Shown here: in pieces, positions 1 to 12,689 of the stretch | Position numbering within the stretch: the stretch's first letter is position 1 | Layout: every line of letters starts with the position of its first letter | DNA from: Carcharhinus amblyrhynchos | Lineage: Eukaryota | Assembly: GCA_965287045.1 (NCBI GenBank) | Contig: OZ336879.1 | Span: 61,814,001-61,878,000, forward strand | Direction: 5' to 3' | DNA length: 64,000 bases | Notes under the pieces: generated by a model | Told to the model about the DNA's origin: nothing | Databases searched by the model: none | What the model saw: the letters and a program-made list of their open reading frames with translations, nothing else | Translations under genes and position numbers: made by a program

Positions 1-544
1 ACTCAGAGGCACATTGAGCCATTTAAATGGCTCATTAAGGGCCTCTTCATTCTTGCTGATACTTTACCAGCAGCCAGTTTGCCCTCTGCCACATGGCAAA
101 AATATCAGACAAACTTTGGCAGCTTCCCAGAGGATGAAGATAGCCCTCCATTTCGGGACTTGGGTCCATGGAGTGGGCCCTCGCCAGCAATGGTTGCACT
201 CACCCCATTCCTGATAAAGCTTACCCTCCCCCACCCACTACCTTCACCAACAGCATCCCACCATCCTCAGGGCCTTCAGATCTCAATGGAATTGGTCCCA
301 TACTTCCATTGCATCCTGCTTTTCCAGTTGCAGCTCTAGCAGAAGCCACTACACCTGGTGGCACTGCTGAGCTACAAACCCTCAATTGGCTGTCAACTCT
401 TGTTGGGGGGCGGAGGGGGGGATGCAGTTGCAGCCATCCTAATTAATTGATTGCCACTGGCCTGGGTCCTGTGAACATTGGAGTGGGATCAGCACATCCA
501 TGTGACTTTCAGGCCTATTGTGAGAACCCCTCTCCCACCCCATG

Positions 545-1205
545 AAAACAAAAGGCAAGAAGCCGTTATTGAGTCAGCTGGTACATGACTTCAGACTTTT
601 ATATCTTTTTCCTGATGGAAGAAGGTGGAAGAGAGAATGTCCAGGGTGCATGGGGTCCTTAAGTATGCTGGCTGCTTTGCCGAGGCAGCAGGAAGTATGG
701 ACACAGTCAATGGATGGGAGGATGGTTTGCGCAATGGATTGGACTTCATTCACAACTTTTGTAGTTTCTTGTGGTCTTGGGCAAAGCAGGAGCCATACCA
801 ACCTGTGATACAATCAGAAAGAATGCTTTCTATGGTGCATCTGTAAAGGTTGGTGAGAGTCGTAGCTGATATGGCAAACTTCCTTAGTCTTCTGAGAAAG
901 TAGAAGCATTGGTGGGCTTTTTTAACTATAGTGTCAGCATGGGGGGACCAGGACAGGTTGTTGGTGATCTGGACACCTAAAAACCTGAAGCTCTTGACCC
1001 TTTCTACCTTGTCCCCATTGATGTAGACAGGGGCATGTTCCCCTCTACACTTTCTGAAGTCGATGACAATTTTCTTCATTTTGTTGACATTGAGGAAGAG
1101 ATTATTGTTGCTGCACCAATTCATCAGATTCTCTATTTCTGTACTCTGTCTCATCATTGTTTGAAATCTGACCCATTATGGTGGTGTTGTCAGCAAACTT
1201 GAAAA
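545..1205 (-). mobile_element. 5'-truncated Rex/Babar-type LINE, reverse-transcriptase C-terminus
   Basis: The minus ORFs at 750-1157 and 574-813 read WCSNNNLFLNVNK...FRFLGVQITNNLSW...KKAHQCFYFLRRLRKF...HPGHSLFHLLPSGKRY, typical of the Rex1/Babar RT tail. The frame is broken by frameshifts. Confidence 0.85.
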
Positions 1206-2754
1206 TGTCCGTGTAGGTGCTAAATGCCACTGCTGCCAGGATTTAATTGGTGGAGGAAAAGGCACACACCAGTCGCCCAGCCCAGCTGGTATCCAAGTCT
1301 GGGCTGGTGGTGATCTGTTGAGCTGCTGCTTTAAAGGGCCTCCTGGGCTCATGGGGAAGGCCCCTTCCATGATGTTACCCCCTCCCAGGTTCCTGCACCA
1401 CTGTGGCCTTTCAAACCCCGTACCCCCCTCATCCCCCTCCACCACCTAGCCCTCTCACCGGAGCCTGCCAGCTTGGTGAGGCTCCATGTGCCTACCCAAA
1501 TACTGATCCAGCACTGCACTACTGCTATCAGAAAATTTTGGAAAGCTGCCAGCCTCTGATTGGCTTGGAGCGTGACCTCCTGCCCCAAGGAGCAGAAATC
1601 CCACCTCCAGCCTCTTAAAGGATATGTTAAACATCTGTCAGGCAGCCGGTGTTCTCTTCTGTGGGCCATCCCTTGGACTTTTTAGCTAGGGTGGGGATGA
1701 GGAACCTGGCACCTTGTATAGTTTAGCCCCATGTGTCTTTACAGTTCCAAACTTACTAACTGCCATTTGCCACAAAATTTCTCGATGAGGCAGAATGCAG
1801 TAATCCTTGCCTTTTTTATTTTAGTATTTTCTCCTCTTTTCCTTTCCCTAACCTCGGTTTCCGCCACTCAACTCTGAGATTAAGAAACTGGCCGGAATCG
1901 GGCATTCAACAGTCGGGTAACCGAGCCCAAAATCTAGAACCCACCCATCCACCACGCAGAACTTCACTATCGCAAAGAAGCTCATTATGGTTTAGTCGAT
2001 TTCTACAAAATAGAGGCAAAAATAATTGAGAAATAAACAGTCTAAATTTGACCGTTAGGTTCTAATACAAGCTAGTGTCATTTTGCATACACCAAAATAT
2101 ACATAGGCCCGAGGCTCCAAGACAATGGGATGGAGACTCCAACTCAACGGAAGGAAGATAAACTCAGTTTAGATTTAATTGCTTTGCATAGAAATTTTAA
2201 ATGTATGGGATGACAACAGAGACAATTGAATTGGATAGTCTCTATAAATTCAAGAAGATGCTTGAAAGTTGTTTGGCAGAGAAAGAAATTCAAATGTATG
2301 AGTAATAAGTTAATGCACAATTTTTTTTTAAATTTTGAGACTGACCAGATGGTCTCTCTCAATTCATATGTTCCTGTATTCCAATATATCTGAAACAGTT
2401 TCTCTCCACAAATAACACCTATTTCTTCACCAACTCAACTAATTGCCACCTAGTTATGTAGGACATGTAACTGAAGCCAAGGAGAAAAAAATATTCCATT
2501 GTTTTTGGACCTTTGTTATTTATGATTTTGTTTCTTCAAAAGAAGTTGGAATCACAACCAATTGATACATCAAAATACATGTACTGGATACATGAAGTTT
2601 CTAATTTATGGCAACCTAATCATGTACCCCAACAGAGCGGAAAAAACAGAATGCAAAACTTGACCTACTCAAGAGGCAGAATTTCATACTCCTGGGTCGT
2701 AGGTGGGCAGATAGATGGAATGGGGGGGGCGGGGGGGGGGGGTGGCGGGAGAGA

Positions 2755-3740
2755 GAGGTGAAGCATAAATTGAGCATAATGTTATGGATGCTGAGGGCAT
2801 AGATTTGTTAAGTGAGTGGGAAAAGATTTGGCAAATGGAGTATAATGTGGTAAAATGTGAAATTGTCCATCTTGGCCAGAAGAATACAAAAAAGAAGCAC
2901 ATGATCTAAATGGTCAGAGATTGCGGAGGATGCAGAGGAACTTGGGTGTTCTCGTGTAGGAATCACAAAAGGTTAATGTGCAGGTACGGCAAGTAACTAG
3001 GAAAGCAAATGGAATGTTTATTGTGAGAGGAACTGATTACAAAAGTAGGGAGGTTATGCTTCAGTTATGCAGGGCATTGGTGAGACCACACCAAGAGAAG
3101 TGTACACTTTTTTTAAGGAGAGATGTAAATGTCAATTGGAAGCGGTTCGTTTCAGGTTTACCAGACTAATACCCGGAATGGACGGGTTGTCTGATGAGTA
3201 AAGGTTGGGCAAGTAGGATTGACTCTGCTAGAGTTTAGAAGGGTAAAAAGTGACTTGATTAAAAAATATTGGGGGAGATTCTCTAGCCTTCAGCGCTCTT
3301 CTCAGTGGCAGGAAGAGGCATGTCGCTCACTGGTGGTGGGATCTTCCCTGCCACTGCCAATGGAAATTCCCACTGAAGCCACCCCATACATTAAGAAACC
3401 ATGTGGCAGGGAGTGTCCTCCGGTGGGATCAGAGAATCCCACTAGCCGGAGATTTCCGACCATAAGTTGCCTCCGGGTCTTGAAAGGATGGATGTGGAAA
3501 TATTATTTCCTCATGTGGGAGAATCTAGGATTCGAGATCACTTTGTAAATGGAAGGGGTTGCTCTGTTTAAATGTAAGGGTTTGCTTTGTTTGAACATAA
3601 GGGATTGCTCTGTTAAGATAAAGGAGAATCTTTTCTCTCTGAGGGAGTTGATTGTTTGAAACTCTCTTCTCCAAAAGGGATGGAGAATGTCTTTAAGTCA
3701 GAGCTAGGTAGATTTTTGATTAATAAGGAAAAGGCTATCA
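2755..3740 (+). mobile_element. Decayed CR1-type LINE 3' portion, interrupted by a small TIR element near 3270-3460
   Basis: Translated fragments LSEWEKIWQMEYNVVKCEIVHLG and YKSREVMLQLCRALVRPH are characteristic of CR1 RT. Confidence 0.8.
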
Positions 3741-4921
3741 GTGACAGGAAGGAACACGAGGCCAATAATTAAGGGGCTCTTCCTTCCTACCTCAATTGTT
3801 GCTGTGGCAGGCCGAGGCTGGCGCCAAGTTTGAAGCCAGTTAGGCCTCACTCCTTGACCTATTGGCAGGGAAGGGGTGCAACTTCCCCATTCCTTACCAC
3901 CACCTTGCCTGTGCACTGTGGCTCCCAGCACTCTTCTCATCGAGGTTTCTGAGCCTGGTCCTGCTGAAACGAGCCATCTACAACCTATCCCCATCAGGGA
4001 CTGGATGCAGTCTCAACAGTGGCACTACCAGAACGACATGAAAGATTTTTGATTGGCCAGCAACTCTCGTAAGCAAGACCTATTCCCACCCTGAGCGAAT
4101 TAGCATCCCACCAAACATGAAGCGGCTGTAGAACAGCAAGGGCAGGTTCAGGACTGACTTTTTGCTGGAGGCATAGCAACTCTGGTGAAGCATGAATTCC
4201 TGCCTTAGAAGCCGGATTTTGAGACTTCAAAAACAGTTATATCTATTGCATTATTTTATGGCTCCCACAATCTAGGTTAAGATCCTTGGACCAGCCACAA
4301 TGAGTCAGAATGCAACACTAAGTTTGAATGGTCCTGCTGTGTTTGGCATCCCCTCCTGTGTGAGTCGTGCCCTGCACCCTTCTCCCACCAGCAAGAATTT
4401 GATCTGAATAAAATGGAGGCAAGAGTTCCACATCTGGGTCCCAAACACCCAAAAATCAGTCTCTAGGCTTAGCTGATGTCTGTTCAGGGCCTAGACGTAC
4501 TTTTGTTTCTACTTCTCACCAATTACGTGAACCTCTTTCCTAGTTACATCTAGTTCATGGTTCACATTAATATTCTAGAGGTAATGTTTAGCGCTGGGAT
4601 GATTGTTGTTGTGCATGCAACGTAGTCAAACAGTACTACCCTTAGAGATTATCACAACACTTAAAAGAAAATGGCAGTTCAGAAGGTTATCTGCATTTGT
4701 TCAACAGAGTCAAAAAAGAGATGGAGCCATAAAACAGCAGGTGGGCTGACTTAGCATGAGGACTGGAGATGTCCATGTTGCTCACAAAGAAGTGCAGTCC
4801 AGACAGAGGTTTTGGTTTGCAAGTTAGAACCAAATTAGTTTAGAAGTATTCAATGCACCCTGAAAGGTTATGTCATTATGGAGATGGCCGGAGCTGAAGA
4901 AGGTTCTCTGCCTTTAGATCA

Positions 4922-5300
4922 TAAGAGCATAAGACTGTTCCACCATTCAATCATGATTGATAAATTTCTGCCGCCTTTCCTCCTAAGCTTTGATTTGCTT
5001 ACAGATCAAGAACCTATCTAACTCTGTCTTAAATGCACTCAATCAGCTGACCTCCATAGCCTCTGTGGCAAGGAATTCTATAGATTCACCACCCTGTGGC
5101 TGAAGAAATTCCTCTTCATCTTGGTTCTGAAGGGTCATCTCTCCACTCAGAAGATATGTCCTCAAATTTTAGTCTGTCCTACTAATGGAAACATCTTCTC
5201 CTCTTACACTCTATCCAGGCCTTTCATTATTCTGCAAGTTTCAATGAGATCCCCCCTCATCATTCTAAACTCCTTTGAGTACAGACCCAGGGTCCTCAGA
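4922..5300 (-). mobile_element. CR1 LINE 3' end fragment
   Basis: Reverse complement of the CR1 3' region (gatgaagaggaatttcttcagccacagggtggtgaatct) with a short-repeat tail (ataag). Confidence 0.7.
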
Positions 5301-5318
5301 AATTATTAAATTGTACAG

Positions 5319-8300
5319 GGAATCAAAGATGGCACTGATGTGAGAGGAAGCATGACCCACAGGTGGCAAGACCCTTCTTGAAATCCGCTGTTTGTTGCAG
5401 TCTGGAGAGAGGTTAAAGTACATCAAGCAAGCTTTACCTGGAATGCAGTTGCAAAAGAGAACTTTGAAAGTCTAGCTGGAAAGGGTTATTTTTAGACTCC
5501 CTCCTGCCACTTGGAATTTAGTGTGCGCCCTCAGCAGGGGAGGGGCTGTGGATTGCAGCTCAGTCTGCAAACTCTCTGTTCTTTTTTCATGCAAGAAAAG
5601 GTGAATTAAAGTGAGAAGCAAGAGGCACTGAGGTCCTGCTGCAAATTGCAAGCTGATATTTCTACTTTTGGATTTTTTTTGCAGCTAGAGCTTTCTGAGG
5701 GCATGTTGGGACTTGAAGTTCAGCCTGGAACCATCTTGCAATTTTTTTTCAGTCAAGTGTGAATTGGTTTAGGGTGGAGTGACAGCCCAGGGAAGAACTC
5801 CTGTGTCATAAAAACTGCAAGTGTCAAATCCATCTGGGGATACTATGCTGTTTTTCACCCAACCAAGGGTGAATTAAAGTGAGGGAGAAGAGTTGTAACT
5901 TGCAACTCAGCTGGAAACCCTTTGCTGCTTCTGTTTGTCCAGTTAAGGGTGAAGTAAGGCGAAAAGCAATCCATGTAAGAACTCTGGTAGATCGAAGAGT
6001 GAGACAGCTTGATACGTAGACCAAGAAATAGCGCTTCAGACTGGAGGAAATGGAAAAGTGCACAGGCACTGGCTCTAGCAAAATGGCAGGAGGCAAACCA
6101 AAATTGAGGAGTGATCCCACAGGGGCAGAGGAAGGGTCACCACCATGCTCTCCTGGTGGGATCCCTGAACAAAGCATGCTGAACGAAAGGACAGGAAAGT
6201 ACTATGGAGGCCATGCAAAGATTGGACAGTAAGTTGGACCGGTGGGCCACTGAGTTGCAGGCTAAGATAGATGAGCTGACAGAGGCGCTTGGATCATCTG
6301 TTAAATCTCTCCAAGGTGTCACCGTCGCCCATGAGAACCACCTGAAGCAGCTTGAGGCCTCGGAGGCATTTAGCGGAAACACTATCTCCGAGCTGAAGAG
6401 CCAAGTTACTCATTTGACATTGGAGTTAAGTCTCTAAGGGAGAAATGTGATTGGTTCCCCGTAGCCAGAGGGAAAGTGTAGAGTGGTGCCCTGGGGTGTG
6501 GCATCTGCTGATTCAGCAGTTGGAGGGAGACTCCCCAATGAGGAGAAATACCAGGTTACTATTAGGAATGTGGGATGCTGGCTAGGAGGCCCTTACACTA
6601 TGACCTCGGAGTTCACTAGCTAGACTGTCAGAGGATTATATCATCCAGTTAAGCACAGTCAAATATTTCAACATCTTCGACAACTGGGTACCCTAATTGC
6701 ATTCCTCCAGGAGACCGACCTCAGGCCAGTGGACTATTTTAGGTTCTGTAGAGAGTGGTGGTGGTGGTGGTGGTGGTGCTTTCACTCAACTTTTCACACC
6801 TAGGCACGGGGGGCAGCAATCCTCATCCACAAGTCCTTACCCTTGATAGTAGCCAATGTCGTTTCTGACTCAAATGGCCGATACATCGTTGCCACGGGTA
6901 AATTACATGGGATGACCCTGGTGTTGGCCAATGTGTATGCCCCAAACTGGGACTGTGAAAACTTTTTCCGGTTGTTTTTCACATTACTTCCAGATTTGAA
7001 TTCACATCGGTTGGTACAGGGTGGAGATTTCAACTGTTGGCTGAATCCTGCCCTGGATCATTCCTCCACAAGGACTGCTGCATTTTCCAAACCAGCAGAA
7101 ATTATTAAATCATTTCTCACAGAATACACAGTGTCAGACCCTTGGAGATTTCTTAAGCCAACTAGTAGGGAATTTTTTTTCCACCTGTCCGCTGAATGTA
7201 TTCACCTATAGATTTCTTCTTGGTAGATAATAAGTTGCTCCTGGCTTTACGCTCATTCCACGATGAAGCCATTATAATCTCGGACCATGCTCCCTTAACA
7301 ATGGATTTGGTAGTGGGGAGGAGGATAGGCCCCTGTATGCCTTGACAATTTAATACTTGTCTGCTCTTTGGTGATGAATTTGTTAGATTTCTGTTGACTC
7401 AGATTAATGATTTCTTAGAGTTTAATGATGTTCTGGGAGTCTCGGCAGCTACCTTAAGGGAGACTTTGAAGGCTTATTTCAGGGACCAGATTGTATCTTA
7501 TTCAGCGCACGAGATGAAGCAGAGAGGTAGGTTATCAGAATTGCTGGGGCATATGGCCTGAGTTGATGCTGCGTAAGCTGTGGGCCCATTCCCAGAAACG
7601 TTTACTATGACAGGCAGAGCTTGAGACCTTGTCCTCACGTCAAGAGATGCTGTTCAAATCTAGGTAAACACATTATGAGCATGGGGACAAGGCAAGCAAG
7701 CTACTAGCTCATCAGCTGCACCAAAAGTTGAATACCACAAATGCAGACTCCGAATGGGGACTCTGCTGATCCACAGCGAATAAATAAACTATTTAAGGAC
7801 TTTTACTCAACCCTCTATAGCTTGGAGACCATCACCAATGAGGTAGGCTTTCAGGAGTTCTTTGGGGTATTGAATCTCGCCATGACGGACAGGAGAGAGG
7901 CTGCGGCACTGGAGAAACCAATCGACATTGAAGAAGTTGTTAGGGCGGCTGGAACTATGCCGAGTGGGAAATGTCCAGGTCCAGATGGGCAGCCCATCAA
8001 ATTTTATAAAAAATGGATAGATTGGCTCCCCGCTGCTGCGCATGATCAATGAATCATATGAAAACAGCAGACTTTGAGGCAAGTGACAATTTTGCTTATC
8101 CTTAAAAAGAAAAAGAATCTGCTAATCTTCAGCTCTTACAGACCAATCTCATTGCTGAATGTGGATCTCAATCTGATCCCTAAGATTCTGGCCAGTCACT
8201 TGGAGGACATTCTGCCCTCTATCATCTTGCCTGACCAGACTGAGTTCATTAAAAATAGACATATATATTTGAATATTCAGCAGCTGTTTAACATCATGTA

Positions 8301-9740
8301 TGTGTCTGCCACCTCCAAGCTATGTTAATCTTGCTGGACACTGACACTGATCGGGTGGAATGGGATTATTTGTTTTATTCGGGTTCAGGCCAAAACTCAT
8401 CTCTTGGATCCAAATACTGTACTCCGTTCCTCTAGCCTTGGTCCAGACAAGCGATGTGCATTCAGTTTTTTTCCCTTTGTCCTGGGCATGAGGCAAGGAT
8501 GCCCCCTCTCCCCCCTGTTATTTGCCATTGTTATTGAACCTCTTGCTGTGGCTTTTAGCAACAGCAAACAAGTGGTGGGGATTGGTAGGTAGGGAATCGA
8601 GAGGAAAGTATCGCTGTATGTGAACAACCCGTCCAACTCAATTCCCGAAGTCTTATCTATACTAGAGAGGTTTGGTCGTATTTTGAAATACAAGCTTAAC
8701 TTGAATAAGAGTGAGCACCTTCCTTTGAATGCAGAGGCTCGTAGCCTCCCATCCCACACCCTGCCTTTCAAGTTTGTCACTAGGCAGTTTACTTACTTGG
8801 GAGTGCAAGTGACTAGCAAATTTAGTCGCCTCTTTGCAGCTAACTTTGCTCCACTCATGGGGCAGATGGAACAGGACCTCAAATGATGGTCCATCCTCCC
8901 ATTACCATTAGGGGGCCATATCAATGCGGTGAAGATGAACATACCACCTGAGTTTTTATATCTCTTTCAGTGCATCCCGGTGTTCATCCCCAAATTCTTT
9001 TTTCACAGACTTGATCAGCTCAATGTGAGCTTTGTCTGGAATAGGAAAAACCCAAGAATGCAGAGGACCGTCTTGCAAAGCCCTAAATGGGAGGGGGTGT
9101 GGGATTGCCCAATTTTCTATTTTATTATTGGGTAGCCAATATGAGAGCAGTAGTGTGTTGGGTGCAGAAAGAAAGAAGCAACAGGAAGTTCCCTGCTGGC
9201 TGCAGTTAGAATCTCCTCCTGTGCTCTGTCTTCCTTGCCTGCCTTGATCAAGTTCCCTGGTAAATTTTCCCTCCTCTCAGTGTACTAGGAGTCTACTTGT
9301 CAAGTCAACTCTTAGAAGTTGGATGCAACTTAGAGGTCACTTTGGTTTCAGGTCTGGTCACTTGCCTCCCTAGTATTGGCTAACCATTTTTTTCCTCCAT
9401 CTTTTTGGATGGTGCCTTCAACATATAGATCAAGCATGGGATCAGAACATTCTGGGATTTGTATGTGGATGGTGTGTTTGCATCATTCCAGCAGGTAGTG
9501 GATAAGGTTTATAGCCTGAGCTGCTTGAGCACTCAGTTTGTTCTCCAGCGGCATTCCTCTGCCTTTTTGTTTATTTATTATTATCGTTATTACTGGTACA
9601 ATTAGACGGGACTTGGGCGGGGTGGGCGCCGGGGGTACCCTGACCACAGAGAGCCCTTGCCCAGTCGTGTTAGAATGTACGTGCAAGCACTATGTCGATC
9701 TGTATCTGTGTTTGTTTGCTCTGTAAAATATAAGAAAAAA
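5319..9740 (+). mobile_element. L1/Tx1-clade LINE with both ends, internally deleted and decayed; 14-bp target-site duplication
   Basis: attaaattgtacag occurs at 5305-5318 and 9741-9754. ORF1-like coiled coil at 6204-6437. APE endonuclease (LQET, LANVYAPN, GGDFN, SDHAP) at ~6600-7300. RT ([36 protein letters not shown]) at 7741-9135. A-rich tail. Many stops and frameshifts. Confidence 0.92.
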
Positions 9741-10439
9741 ATTAAATTGTACAGACATAACAAATTGGAACATATATATTTGGACTGTTTCTCTCTCATT
9801 TCGCAACCATTTTCCTTCTTGTTTCTTTTCTCACAGACTCTACACCTCTTTCAGCTTTGCCACCCCTTCATCACTCCACCCCCAGAACCTGTATCATTCT
9901 TCAATGGCTACCATGAGACCTACAAGAATGGACCACTGATTCTTGTCCTTCTGTTTCCCTTTGCCCTTGTGGAAAACTACCACCTGTACAGCTAGACGTC
10001 AATGAACTTGGGCATCATTTGCACAGTGCCCCATGTTAGTATGCCAATGCACCCATGCCATCCAAAATCATGCCACACTGTAAAGGGTCATTAACAGCAA
10101 GAAATATACTTGTCAAACATTTTTAGTTCCTTATTTATTCTTTTGTGTCATTTGTCACTCTTTCCTATTTGCACTTGAGTGGATGGTGGTGAGCCACCTT
10201 GTTTACAGGCAAGCATGCAAAATGGAAGAACAATAATATCATACCTGTGACTTATGTCATTGTGATGAAAAATTACACATGGATTGTCTCCCTCCTGAAC
10301 AAAAATAAAATGGTTCTCCAAAGACTTTCACCAGAAGATAGTATTCTTTTAATATTCATCTAATGTCAGAAAGAAAATATTTCCTGTATCTTAATAATCT
10401 GCATAACGTGAAATCCAAAGCTTCACATTGCATTTCCCC

Positions 10440-11135
10440 TGTCTGTGTAACTATGTCCTTAAATTCTGTGCCTTGAACTCACTTTCAAATTTCAACTCAT
10501 CTACTGCCCATATCTGACCCTACCCTGGGTTCTACTCACCTTTGTCCTTGCTGACTTACCTTGGAATCCAATTCCTCAATGTTTCAAAATATAAAATTCC
10601 TCTTCTATTTAAATAACATTATGGTGTCACCTCACTGCATGCTTGATTTTCAATTGCCTATGGGGGCGAGATCGGATCCAGACACCCTTTGAAAATATTG
10701 CTCCCAGACAGTGTGCCATCAGAAAGACAGAACTTTTGACAATGTAGCACTCATCAGTACTGGAATGTCAGCCTAGATTTTGTTGTTGCAGACTTCAGAG
10801 TGGGATTTCTACCCACAGCCTTCTGACTCGAGGTGAGAATGCCACCATTTGAGCCAAAGTATCCATCCCTCCTTTCCACCTATCTCTAGTGTTGATGCTT
10901 TCAGTCACCTGGGTCCCAGTCTCTGGAATTCCATGCTTAAATCCCCGTTACTACCCCACTCCCCCACCTCTTTTAAGACCACCCCACTCCCCCACCTCTT
11001 TTAAGACCACCCCTGAAATCCTCCTAATCCCATAGTCCTCCTAATCTCGCCTGCGACTCAGCGGCTGTTTTTCCTCACTTATCCTAAGATGTTTCCTTAT
11101 ATTAATTGCGCGAAATGCAAATTAAATGTTGTTAA
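10440..11135 (+). mobile_element. Old L2-type LINE 3' fragment with a nested DeuSINE head (~10715-10856, minus strand)
   Basis: L2-like motifs ttgtccttgctgacttaccttgg and gctttcagtcacctgggtcccagtctctggaattcc; the SacSINE1-like motif tgtcagcctagattttg interrupts it. Confidence 0.55.
10953..11013. repeat. Perfect 28-bp tandem duplication (accccactcccccacctcttttaagacc) x2
   Basis: Units at 10953-10980 and 10981-11008, plus a partial acccc. Confidence 0.9.
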
Positions 11136-12404
11136 AGCATTTGATTTGTTTGATCCAGAATAACTTTGTAAAGTATTCTGATTATAGGTGTCCTGTTTTG
11201 TTTTTGACCCAAGTGAACATGGTAGATTTTACCAAATTTGTATTTTACTCACATTCAGGAAAATTGATGTCTGAAAATTAGGTGGCCATCACATTATATA
11301 AAAATAGATTAAGTAGTCATATTGTTTAGATACAATTTATTTCATGTTCAGCAATAACGCAGACATTCTGTTGGATGAATGTTGCATTGCGAGTCTGATT
11401 CTGTAGTTAGATGTCAGGTTTGTATTGAAACAGCATAAAAGGCTCCACCACCATCTTCAGGATAAATGCTGACCTGACATTGTACTGATGTCTGGTATAG
11501 TTGAGGGAACTCCTTTGCTGCTAACAGCATGCCTTAGCTGCTGTTTCGCTATAACAGCAACAACAACCTGGATTTGTGTAGCACATTGAATTAAAAGTTA
11601 GGTTTTACTTGATTTTAAAAAAAACTTTCCATTTTTAATCATTTGTGAACAACTTGATCTCAATTCTTTTGAGTATTGAGAAATGTCAGTGACAGACCGG
11701 ATATAACAAATAAAGCTCCAAATATTTGGTATATATTTGTCACATGCTGTAATATTTACCAGATCACTGCTATCTCACATTGATGGCGGTGGGGATGGTG
11801 GAGAGTGTGTTGAAATCATGCCGTTTGCTTCATACTGTTGAAATACATTCAGTAATCAGAGGTAATAGCCGATATTTTATGACCTCACTCGGGCAAGGCT
11901 CGTAAAATCCCTGCCAAGGCCAACGGAGAATTCCAGCCAATGGATTTGAGATATTAAGACGAGGTTTTGCTGATGGGAAAATCACAGGCCATTTCCCAAT
12001 TTCCCAAAATTTGCTCCTCAGCTTATATCACGAAACAGGGAATCTCCCTTTTTAGGACTTAACAAATTATTTTACCAACGGGGTGGCATGGACTAGTTGG
12101 GCCAAAGGGCCTGTTTCCTTGCAGTAAACCTCTATGATCCTGTGATTCTAACAGCTCAGTTGGAATTAGATAAAATAAAATCACTGAACTCCAAACTGTC
12201 ATATTAACTCTCCTCCTTCAGAAGAAGTGAAGTTATTACGGATGGTTTTGTTTCTCACCCAGGCTTGGACACTTAACAGTAGGCCTAACATAATCTTTGA
12301 CACGAAATGCTGAGAAAGCCATGTAACTATAGTTCCCCACATAAAGGACATATTTTATCTCTCCAGGGATACACCCAGAGTTGTTCAATTCAAATGTCAA
12401 GGCT

Positions 12405-12689
12405 TAAGTTTTTTTCAGAGTTAATAGTGTCACAAGTAAGCGTGCATCAATACTGCAATGAAATTATTGTGAAAACCTCCCAGTCTCCACACTCCGACAC
12501 CTGTTCAGGTACACTGAGGGAGAATTTGGTCAATGCACTGAACCAGCATGTCTTTCGGACTGTGGGAGGAAACCCACACAGACATGGGGAGAATGTGCAA
12601 ACTCCACACAGACAGTGACCCAAGGTCAGAATTGAACCCTAGGCCCTGGCGCTGTGAGACAGCAACGCTAACCACTGTGCCACCGCGCC
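12405..12689 (-). mobile_element. HE1-like tRNA-derived V-SINE
   Basis: Minus-strand head ggtggcacagtggttagcgttgct... and V-domain gtggagtttgcacattctccccatgtctgtgtgggtttcctcc. Confidence 0.85.
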
